This document shows positions 8,255 to 16,143 of a stretch of DNA of 28,882 nt, in pieces; the first letter of the stretch is position 1; each line of letters starts with the position of its first letter. The stretch is taken from positions 1 through 28,882 of IMG/VR virus record IMGVR_UViG_3300047402_000037; one strand, written 5' to 3'. The position numbers and the translations under genes were made by a program. Below the pieces are notes generated by a model. The model had not been told where the DNA came from and made no database searches. It saw only the letters and a list, made by a program, of their open reading frames with translations. This DNA is from a virus. Its lineage: Duplodnaviria > Caudoviricetes.

Positions 8255-8291
8255 CCGGCGGCGGGTGATCTGCCGCCGGCAACTGACGAGG
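8255..8291 (+). repeat. GC-rich hairpin element, copy 1 (copy 2 at 27263-27299, - strand)
   Basis: CCGGCGGCGG-GTGAT-CTGCCGCCGG stem-loop followed by CAACTGACGAGG; 30/37 nt identical to the copy after cro. Confidence 0.7.
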
Positions 8292-8296
8292 GTCCG

Positions 8297-8572
8297 ATGG
8301 ATCGCAGGTTTCTACCGAAGAATATCACCAGCGCTACGACAACCGCCGTCAAGGCGACGCCCGGAATTCTCATCCGAGTGACCGTCAACAAGCCTGTCTC
8401 GGGCTCGACGATCACGATTTACAACAACACGGCGGCCAGCGGCACGAAGGTGGCGACGATCACCAACTCGACCGATACCAAGCCCTACTATCTCGACTTC
8501 GGGTGCTGGTGCGACACGGGTATTACCGTGGTCACATCCGGCGCTGATGACGTGACGATCACTTACGCATGA
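8297..8572 (+). CDS. small virion structural protein (putative)
   Basis: Thr-rich beta-type 91 aa; SD GAGG; ATGA overlap with the next gene. Confidence 0.7.
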   Translation: MDRRFLPKNITSATTTAVKATPGILIRVTVNKPVSGSTITIYNNTAASGTKVATITNSTDTKPYYLDFGCWCDTGITVVTSGADDVTITYA

Positions 8573-8811
8573 GCAACCTTTACCGCCGCGGCGATTTCTA
8601 TCGCATCTGCGACGAATGCGGGTTCAAGGTGCGGGCTTCCGACACGCGCCGCCGGTGGGACAACAAGATCGTTTGCCGCGCGGATTGGGAGCCCCGGCAC
8701 AGCCAGGACTTCGTGCGCGGCCGGAAAGACAAGATTACCGTGCCGTCCCCGCGCCCTGAGGCGCCAGATACGTTTCTCGAACCCAACGACGTGACAGCGA
8801 GCGATCTGTGA
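8569..8811 (+). CDS. small Cys-motif protein (ICDECG…VCRADWEPRH)
   Basis: 80 aa, overlapping both neighbours; CxxC plus a distal C/D/H may bind metal. Confidence 0.75.
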   Translation: MSNLYRRGDFYRICDECGFKVRASDTRRRWDNKIVCRADWEPRHSQDFVRGRKDKITVPSPRPEAPDTFLEPNDVTASDL

Positions 8812-9491
8812 CCACATCGGGATCGACGGACTTCACGCTCAATGCTGCCGACGTGGTGCGGTTCGCGCTGAAGAAATTGCGCGTGACGCGCTCGCCATCG
8901 GCCGCCGACATGAGCGACGGCATTCAGTCCCTCAATCTGATGCTCAAGACGTGGCAGATGACCGGGCCGAACCTTTGGCGGGCGACGGAGGGCAGCGTCA
9001 ATCTGGTAGCGAACCAAGCCGCCTACACGACGGGCGACGTGGCCAAGGCGTTCCGCATCATCTCGGCGCGGTTCACGCAAAGCGGGCGCGATCTTCCGAT
9101 GGAAGTGATGACCCGCGAGGAATACCGCGATCTGCCCTACAAGACGACCACGGGCATCCCGACGCAATACTACTTCGACCCGCAACGCGACGGCGGCACG
9201 CTCTACGTCTGGCCAGTGATCGCGGCTATCCCGAACGCGGAAACCATCAGCTTCACGTATCAGCGCCGGTTCGAGGATATCGACGCGATCGGCAACAGCC
9301 TCGACATCCCGCAAGAGTGGCTGGAGACGGTCGGATATTCGCTTGCGGCGCGTCTGGTGGGTGACTACTCGCCCGCGGCGGACGCGGTGTCTCACGTCAT
9401 GGGCATGTCGCAAGTGTTGCTCCAAGCCGCACACTCGGCCGATCGCGAGCCCGTGGTGCGGATCGAGCCGGAGCGGAGGTGGGGCCGGTGA
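8808..9491 (+). CDS. head-tail adaptor protein (putative)
   Basis: 'DVVRFALKKLRV…DGIQSLNLMLKTW', 'GIPTQYYFD…LYVWP', 'DIPQEWLETVGYSLAARL'; located before the gp10-like gene. Confidence 0.72.
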   Translation: MTTSGSTDFTLNAADVVRFALKKLRVTRSPSAADMSDGIQSLNLMLKTWQMTGPNLWRATEGSVNLVANQAAYTTGDVAKAFRIISARFTQSGRDLPMEVMTREEYRDLPYKTTTGIPTQYYFDPQRDGGTLYVWPVIAAIPNAETISFTYQRRFEDIDAIGNSLDIPQEWLETVGYSLAARLVGDYSPAADAVSHVMGMSQVLLQAAHSADREPVVRIEPERRWGR

Positions 9492-10990
9492 GCGATCCGA
9501 TCCCGATCTCTCTCGGCACCGGCAGCAATCGTGCGCGGTTTGGGCTTGCGGGCGCCGAGCGGCATATCAACTGCTACGTCGAGCAATTGGGCGATGAAGC
9601 GGCGGACCCGAGCGTGATCGTGGCGCACGATGGGCTGTCCGACTTTGCGACGATGGCAAGCGCTGGCGTGCGCGGGATGATCGAGGTTGGCGCCTATCTC
9701 TACGTCGTGTCGGGCCGGCAGGTGTATCGGGTGGACGCGGGCGGCGGCGTAACGACGATTGGCGGCATTCCGACCGATGGGCCAGTCTACATGGCGCGGA
9801 ATCGGCGCGCTGTCCCGCAGATTGGCATTTTGTCCTCCGGCCTTTTTTACGTGATCGACACGGGTGCCAATACGCTCCAATTGGTGACAGGCGCGACGAG
9901 CACGAGCGCCACGCTAACGGACCCCACGCTAACGGACCCCACGCTAACGGACCCGTCATTAGGGTCGTCGTCCAGCGCCTGGACCCTGCCGCCGGGATCG
10001 TCGCTCACCGTGCTCGACGGGTACGGCATCATTCCAGTTAGCAACGGGCGGTGGTTCACGACCGGCATCGATGATTTTACGACGATCGATGAACTCGATT
10101 TCGGCACGGCCGACAGCAACCCGGATGAGATCGTGCGCGCCGAGACGCGCGAGGGCGAGGTGGTGCTGTTCGGCACGCGATCGACCGAATGGTGGAAAGA
10201 CACCGGCGACGTTGATTTCCCCTTCAAGGATGGCCGCGTGGCGATCGCCGAACTCGGCTGCCTCGCTGCTGGCAGTGTCGCCAAGATCGACCGCACGCTT
10301 GCATGGATCGCGCATGACGGCACGGTGCGGCTTATGTCAGGCTACGACGGGCAGCGCATCTCGACGCATGCGGTGGAACGGGACATCGCGTCGGCTGTGC
10401 CGGAGCAGATCACGTCTACGTCATGGGCCGCGCGCGGGCACAGCTTCTACCAGATCAGTTCGCCTGATTGGACGTGGTGTTGGAACCGCACGACGAACAC
10501 TTGGAGCGAGCGTCAGAGCTACGGTAACACGCGCTGGCGGTGCTCGACGGTCTCCAAGTTCGGCACGAAATGGATTGCGGGCGATGCGACGTTGGGCAAG
10601 CTCTACACCATGAGCCCTGACGTGGCTGTGGAAGGCAACGCGCCGCTGGTCATGACCGTGCGCACGCCTCCAGTGCATTCGTTCCCGAACCGTCTCGACG
10701 CCTCGGCACTCTACGTGCGGCCGGTGATGGGCGTCGGCACGAACACCGGGGTCACGCAAGACGACAACCCGGAACTGATGATGCGGCTGTCATTCGACGG
10801 CGGCGAAGTCTGGAACGGGGAGGACCGCGCTTCGCTTGGGCGGCAGGGTGAACGCATCGAACGGGTCAAGTTCACGCGCCTTGGCCACATCCCTGCTCAG
10901 GGCTGCACTTTCGAGTTCTCGATCAGCGCTGCTGTGATCAAGGGCCTGATCGGTCCTGCGTACCTCGACGCAAAGAAGCTGGCGCCCTGA
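9488..10990 (+). CDS. P22 gp10-like packaged-DNA stabilisation / tail hub protein
   Basis: GTG start in a GTGA overlap with SD GGAGG; beta-propeller-like; 'ADSNPDEIV', 'LFGTRSTEWW.DTG..DFPF', 'RISTHAVE', 'LSFDGGEVW..SLGRQGE'. Confidence 0.85.
   Translation: MSDPIPISLGTGSNRARFGLAGAERHINCYVEQLGDEAADPSVIVAHDGLSDFATMASAGVRGMIEVGAYLYVVSGRQVYRVDAGGGVTTIGGIPTDGPVYMARNRRAVPQIGILSSGLFYVIDTGANTLQLVTGATSTSATLTDPTLTDPTLTDPSLGSSSSAWTLPPGSSLTVLDGYGIIPVSNGRWFTTGIDDFTTIDELDFGTADSNPDEIVRAETREGEVVLFGTRSTEWWKDTGDVDFPFKDGRVAIAELGCLAAGSVAKIDRTLAWIAHDGTVRLMSGYDGQRISTHAVERDIASAVPEQITSTSWAARGHSFYQISSPDWTWCWNRTTNTWSERQSYGNTRWRCSTVSKFGTKWIAGDATLGKLYTMSPDVAVEGNAPLVMTVRTPPVHSFPNRLDASALYVRPVMGVGTNTGVTQDDNPELMMRLSFDGGEVWNGEDRASLGRQGERIERVKFTRLGHIPAQGCTFEFSISAAVIKGLIGPAYLDAKKLAP
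9910..9954 (+). repeat. perfect 15-bp tandem repeat x3 (CACGCTAACGGACCC), encoding TLTDP x3
   Basis: Read directly from the sequence. Confidence 0.97.
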
Positions 10991-11118
10991 TGGCGATACC
11001 GAACCTCCCGCAGCTGCCAGCCGCATCGACGCCGGTGCTCAACGCTGACGGAACGATGAACAAGGTGTGGCTGCAGTTCTTCGCGGCCCTGTTGCTCGCA
11101 CTGAAGAGGGCTCCATGA
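10990..11118 (+). CDS. 42-aa tail-associated microprotein (MAIPNLPQLPAASTPVLNADGTMNKVWLQFFAALLLALKRAP)
   Basis: TGATG overlap with the gp10-like gene and ATGA overlap with the next gene; fills the gap exactly. Missed by the ORF track. Confidence 0.8.
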   Translation: MAIPNLPQLPAASTPVLNADGTMNKVWLQFFAALLLALKRAP

Positions 11119-11891
11119 GCGCGTTCGGCGGTTTCATCGACAAGCTGACTGGCAAGAGCCAGCAGCAGGACATGGACAAGGCCTACGGGCAGTCCAAGGA
11201 CTACCTGACCAACGGGTATCAGGACGCCGCGACCCAGTACACCAACTACGCGAACAAGGCGGCAGGCTACTACGAGCCATGGGCGGCGAGCGGGCGGCGC
11301 GCTCAGTCGGCCTATGACGACTCGATCGGTCTCAATGGTGCCGAGGGCGGCAAGAACGCTCTCACGATGTACCAGAACGCCCGAAATCCCTACCTCGATT
11401 GGGAGCAGAACCACGCTCAGACGGCGATGGACCGGGCCGCGAACGCCCGCGGCGGCGTCAACACCGGATACAATGCGCTTGCCGTCGCCAGGGCACGGCA
11501 GGGCATGGGGTATCAGGACTACGCCAACTGGCAGAACCGTCTCCAGGGCGCGGGCCAGATGGGGATGCAGGCCGCAGGCCAGCAAGCCGGGATCGCTCAG
11601 AACGCAGGCCAGTGGCTCGGCGACGCGCGCATGGGCTACGGGCAACAGATGGCTGGCAACGCGATCAACTACGGCAACGCGACGGCTGCGAACAAGACCA
11701 ACAGCGTCAACGCGATCATGAAGGGGCTCGGCGGGCTCGGCGGATCGGTGATCTCCGGCTTCGCGCCGGGGGCCGGTGGCGCGAGCGCATTCGGCAACAT
11801 GGGCAACGCGCTGTCGGGCTGGGGCAAGTCCGCTGCTGGCATCTGGAAGGGCAACTCCGGCAGCTACGTCGATCCTGGATACATGCCGTGA
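11115..11891 (+). CDS. putative DNA ejection/pilot protein (P22 gp7-like)
   Basis: ATG 11115 (MSAFGGFIDK…) with SD GAGGG; G/A/Q/N/Y-rich with a Gly-rich hydrophobic C-terminus; first gene after the tail hub. Confidence 0.7.
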   Translation: MSAFGGFIDKLTGKSQQQDMDKAYGQSKDYLTNGYQDAATQYTNYANKAAGYYEPWAASGRRAQSAYDDSIGLNGAEGGKNALTMYQNARNPYLDWEQNHAQTAMDRAANARGGVNTGYNALAVARARQGMGYQDYANWQNRLQGAGQMGMQAAGQQAGIAQNAGQWLGDARMGYGQQMAGNAINYGNATAANKTNSVNAIMKGLGGLGGSVISGFAPGAGGASAFGNMGNALSGWGKSAAGIWKGNSGSYVDPGYMP

Positions 11892-11905
11892 TGGAGGGCT
11901 GACGC

Positions 11906-13216
11906 ATGCCGCCACTGATGCAGCTCCCGGCCTATCAGGCCACTCAGGTCGATCCGGGGAACTTCTTCGAGCCGATCACCAACGCGCTTGTCCAGTACCG
12001 GCGCGGGATGGATGAGCAGGCGAAACACCAACTGGCGCGGGACCAGTTCGGATTGCACGCGCGAGAGGTGAATGCACGACTCGACGATCGGGCCGAAGCA
12101 AAGCAGCGCTACCAGACGTTCATGAGCAATCCGGCCAACATGGCAGACCTTCCCGCTGGGGTTCGGCCGTTCGTCGGCGCGCTCGGCCCGGAAGGGCTGC
12201 ACTACGGCCTAACCGCTCTAATGCAGACGCGGAACGACGATATCGAGCGGCGCAAGGCTGAGGCGGCGATCGATGCGTCTCGCGCAAGCACGGCTACGTC
12301 GATGGCCCAACTGGACCAGATCAAGATGCAGACGCCGGAATGGCGCATGGCGAATGCCCACCGGTTCGGCATCGACGCGAGCACGCCGGAGGGCAAGCAG
12401 TTTGTCATCACGGGGAACTACGCGCCGCCGAGCGAGACTGTGGGGCATGCGCCGGAAGGATCAATACTCTATCGGAACAACCCGAGGACAGGCCAGACGA
12501 CGTTCCTGACTCCTCCCGGCGGCGGACAACAAGGCCAGTTCGACAAAGCCTACGCCACGCACAACGCCCCGAAGAACTACGACGAAGCCGGGAAGGCGTT
12601 TAGCGAGGCCCGCGGAACAATCTATACGATCGGCGACCTTGAGCGCGTGTCGCAGTATGCGACGACTGGATGGGGCGCTAGTCAAATCCTCGAAATGCGG
12701 CGCATGGGCGCGCAAGCTGGCATTCCGAACGCCGACAAAATCCAGCCGGCGGAATTGCTGCAGGCACTCACGCAAAAGTTCGTTCTGCAAGAGGGCCAGA
12801 AGCTCAAACCGATGTCGAATTCTGACGTTGAATTCGTCCAAAAGGGCTTGGCGACTATCGTCAGTGACCCATCGACATTGCCGGTTTTGCTGCCGGCACT
12901 GAAGCGCGAGGCCGAGCGAACGGCGTTGGCTCACTACCTGGCCCAACAAGCATACAGAACGGGGCGCCCGCCAAACACTGAAGCAATCGCTCAAGAAGTC
13001 GAGCAGAAGCTCCCCTCGATTATTCGGAATGTATTTCCTGCGAAGCCCGGCACTGAGCCGCCAGTCGAAGGCTCAGTCAGGGCGCCGGATGGCGCATGGG
13101 ATATTCCAGACAAAGCACGCCCCGGAACATTCATCCGCGGCAAGTACGACCCAAAATCAGGGAAGTGGATACACAAAGGGTCTGACGGAAAATCCTATGA
13201 AATCGGTGGTTTCTGA
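11906..13216 (+). CDS. putative DNA ejection protein (gp20 position)
   Basis: SD GGAGG; 436 aa, helical; assignment rests on synteny. Confidence 0.6.
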   Translation: MPPLMQLPAYQATQVDPGNFFEPITNALVQYRRGMDEQAKHQLARDQFGLHAREVNARLDDRAEAKQRYQTFMSNPANMADLPAGVRPFVGALGPEGLHYGLTALMQTRNDDIERRKAEAAIDASRASTATSMAQLDQIKMQTPEWRMANAHRFGIDASTPEGKQFVITGNYAPPSETVGHAPEGSILYRNNPRTGQTTFLTPPGGGQQGQFDKAYATHNAPKNYDEAGKAFSEARGTIYTIGDLERVSQYATTGWGASQILEMRRMGAQAGIPNADKIQPAELLQALTQKFVLQEGQKLKPMSNSDVEFVQKGLATIVSDPSTLPVLLPALKREAERTALAHYLAQQAYRTGRPPNTEAIAQEVEQKLPSIIRNVFPAKPGTEPPVEGSVRAPDGAWDIPDKARPGTFIRGKYDPKSGKWIHKGSDGKSYEIGGF

Positions 13217-15408
13217 TGGCTGGGCCAGGGTTGTTTCTGATCCCACTTGATGCAGACCCATTCGTCGAGCAGGCGCAAGCGCCGGTTCAGCGGCCCGGGC
13301 CGATCGTGCGGCCGGGGGAGGAACGCGCCGCACCCCGCGCGCAAGCACCGCCTCCGCAAATGCGCCAGCCCGTGGCGCCTCCGCCTGCTGTGAACACTCA
13401 AGAGCCGTCTTCGGCCGTAGTCGCAGAGCCCGCCGCTGACAGCCGGCTTAGCCCCTCCGATGCGACAAAAGCATGGGTAACCCTCATGCAAAAGCATGGG
13501 GTACCCAATGAGCGTTGGGGCGATCTGGTCGACGAATACTACAAGATTGACCGCAATCAGGGGCAGCCATCCGGGCTTCCGCCTGCCCTTGATGCTGATT
13601 TGCGCGCGTTTGCCCAGGCATATCCGTCTCTTGGGCGGCAACCTGCGCAACAGGCGGCGCCCGCCGAGCGACCGGCACAACCAGCGCGCCCCGCGCCAAA
13701 GGAGCTGCAGCCGCCGTTCGATCCGCGCCGGTTTGCCGCGCCTGGCATTGCCGGATCGACAATCCCGCAACCGCCCGCGGTTCAGCCAGCGGCGCAGCCG
13801 GCCGCTCAAGCGCCAGTCGCTCAGCCCCCGGCATTAGTCGCAGCCGCGCCACAAACGGCACCGCAGCAACAGCCGGCCGCGGCGCCGGCCCCAACGGCCA
13901 AGCCATCCAGCGGCCTCACGCTCAAGCCCGTCGAAGGCGACCCATTCGACCCGTCATGGTCGGACGTGCCGGGGCAAGCGATTTCCAACCTCCCGTCGAG
14001 TGCGGCCAAGTTCGCGAAAGACTTGGTGCAGCCGATCCTGCACCCGATCGACACGGCGAACGCAGTCGCCGACCTCGGCAAGGGACTGGCGTCCAAGGCG
14101 GCTGGCGCACTCGGTGTGGAGCAAGACCCTGCCGAAAAGCAGAAGCGCGAAGCCGTCGTCGAAGCGCTCGCGGCGCACCTCAAGGAAAGGTACGGGTCTG
14201 CGGCCGGTGTCCGCAAGGCTCTGGCAACCGATCCCGTGGGGGTCATGGCCGATTTTGCCATGGTCCTGACCGGCGGCGGCGCCGTCGCCGTGCGCGGTCC
14301 TGGCGTCGTCGGTAAGGTGGGACAGATAGCCCAGACGGCAGGCTCTATTATCGATCCTCTGACCAACGTCGCCCGCGCCGGACGCGCGGCTGGCAGTACG
14401 GTCTCGAATGTGCTTTCAGCGACGACGGGCGCGGGCGCGCGGTCGTTTGACGAGGCTGTCAAGGCAGGCCGCACCGGCAATCAGGTGTTCGTCGAGAACA
14501 TGCGCGGCAACGCTCCGCTCGAGCGGGTCGTCGACATGGCCGAGGGCGCCGTCAACCAGATGGGGAAGGACCGATCGGCCGCCTACAAGGCTGGCATGTC
14601 GGCGGTGGGCGCAAACTCGACGCCGGTCAACTTCGACCCGATCCGGCAAGCGCTCGATCGCGCCCAGAATATGGTGCAATACAAGGGTATTCAGAAGTCC
14701 GACGAAGCGGCGAGCGTGGTCAACCAGATGACCACGAAATACAACGAATTCCTGGCAATCCCGAAAGCGGAGCGCAACGCGGAAGCTCTCGACGCGCTCA
14801 AGCAGGCGCTCGGCGATATCTGGAAAGACACCAAACAGGGCACGACGGCGCGCACCGTCGCCAGCGAGGTCTATACGGCGGCCAAGGCTGAGATCACCAA
14901 GCAGGTACCGTCCTACGCCCAGACGATGAAAGACTACTCGGCGGCGTCGGATGCCATAGGAGAGATGCGTCGCACGCTCTCGATCAACGACAAGGCATCG
15001 ACGGACACGACGCTACGCAAGCTCCAGTCCGTGATGCGCAATAACGTCAACACAAGCTGGGGCTACCGCGAGAAGCTGCTTGACGACCTTGCGCGTCATG
15101 CGCCTGACCTCCCGGCGGCGCTCGCGGGACAATCGTTGAACACGGCCATGCCGCGCGGGCTTGCTCGGCTCGGGCCCATCAGCGCATTCGGAGCCGCGTG
15201 GATGAACCCCGCCATGCTTGCCGTGCTGCCGTTCCAGTCGCCGCGGCTAATGGGCGAGGCAGCCTATGGCGCCGGGCGGGCGCTCGGCGTCGGCAGCAAT
15301 GCCTTGGCGTCGGTTGGTCTGTCGCCGGCGCGCGCCTCGAACGCGCTCCGGGCGTCCTATCTCGCGAACTACGCGAACAAGCGCGACGACGACAAGCAGC
15401 GGAAATAG
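13216..15408 (+). CDS. putative DNA ejection/transfer protein (gp16 position)
   Basis: 730 aa, Ala-rich, with a long P/Q/A linker; 'LRKLQSVMRNNVNT', 'PFQSPRLMGEAAY'; synteny. Confidence 0.65.
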   Translation: MAGPGLFLIPLDADPFVEQAQAPVQRPGPIVRPGEERAAPRAQAPPPQMRQPVAPPPAVNTQEPSSAVVAEPAADSRLSPSDATKAWVTLMQKHGVPNERWGDLVDEYYKIDRNQGQPSGLPPALDADLRAFAQAYPSLGRQPAQQAAPAERPAQPARPAPKELQPPFDPRRFAAPGIAGSTIPQPPAVQPAAQPAAQAPVAQPPALVAAAPQTAPQQQPAAAPAPTAKPSSGLTLKPVEGDPFDPSWSDVPGQAISNLPSSAAKFAKDLVQPILHPIDTANAVADLGKGLASKAAGALGVEQDPAEKQKREAVVEALAAHLKERYGSAAGVRKALATDPVGVMADFAMVLTGGGAVAVRGPGVVGKVGQIAQTAGSIIDPLTNVARAGRAAGSTVSNVLSATTGAGARSFDEAVKAGRTGNQVFVENMRGNAPLERVVDMAEGAVNQMGKDRSAAYKAGMSAVGANSTPVNFDPIRQALDRAQNMVQYKGIQKSDEAASVVNQMTTKYNEFLAIPKAERNAEALDALKQALGDIWKDTKQGTTARTVASEVYTAAKAEITKQVPSYAQTMKDYSAASDAIGEMRRTLSINDKASTDTTLRKLQSVMRNNVNTSWGYREKLLDDLARHAPDLPAALAGQSLNTAMPRGLARLGPISAFGAAWMNPAMLAVLPFQSPRLMGEAAYGAGRALGVGSNALASVGLSPARASNALRASYLANYANKRDDDKQRK

Positions 15409-15409
15409 C

Positions 15410-16141
15410 ATGGCCAACGAGAACGCCCTGATGGGCTGGAGCCCCACCGTCGTTGCAGAAAGCGCGGAAGACGAGGGATCGCCGTTCCGTCGCCGTCCTC
15501 AGTCTGCGATGAACGCGCTCTCAGACGGCTATCTGGCGATGATGACGGGTGGACTCGGGCGGGCGGCGTTTTCAAAGCCGACTCCAGGGATGGAATTATA
15601 TGCGTTCATCGGGCCGTCCGGGGCTCGCCGATTGCAGGAGGCGGGGCGGATCGCCCCTGGTGCGCCCGGCTCGAAAGAAGCATTGCAAGTCGCGCAAGAT
15701 ATCTGGCGCAAGCACGGGATGGGCTCGCCGGAGCTTCAAGACCGCGTGTGGAAAGCAACCGGGTGGGGACACCCGGAGACATTCGGCGGTGTCGCTCCGG
15801 GGTCGAAACCGATGACATGGGTCGACACGTCGACAACCACGCTAAAGCCGGAAATCTGGCAGGCACTAGACCCGGCTCTTGCGAGCGGCAAGTCTGGAGC
15901 GAAAACGGGCCGCCTTGGCGATCTTGTTGAACTTCCGGCGGACTTGCGAACAGCGCAACCTGCGCTTGCCTCAAAGACAGCGAGTGCCGAGGCGAACAAC
16001 GGTGGGCATGGTCAAGTCGCATCCCGTAATGACGGAACCATGTCCGAATACGTCATAGAAATCCTCCGTCGCTATGGCTTGGCCGGTCTGATGGCCGGCG
16101 GCGCTGCGGCTAGTGCGCGTCCGTCTCAGGACACCCAATAG
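15410..16141 (+). CDS. LPD23-like protein, apparently an internally shortened large polyvalent-type virion protein
   Basis: ATG 15410 lies 1 nt after the upstream stop; 'FIGPSGA…VWKATGW…WVDTS…RLGDLV…LRTAQPAL' resembles LPD23; ends 'IEILRRYGLAGLMAGG'. Confidence 0.55.
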   Translation: MANENALMGWSPTVVAESAEDEGSPFRRRPQSAMNALSDGYLAMMTGGLGRAAFSKPTPGMELYAFIGPSGARRLQEAGRIAPGAPGSKEALQVAQDIWRKHGMGSPELQDRVWKATGWGHPETFGGVAPGSKPMTWVDTSTTTLKPEIWQALDPALASGKSGAKTGRLGDLVELPADLRTAQPALASKTASAEANNGGHGQVASRNDGTMSEYVIEILRRYGLAGLMAGGAAASARPSQDTQ

Positions 16142-16143
16142 AC

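Noticed and set aside
9910-9954. CRISPR-like array
   Set aside because: The repeats are contiguous, spacer-less and in-frame coding.
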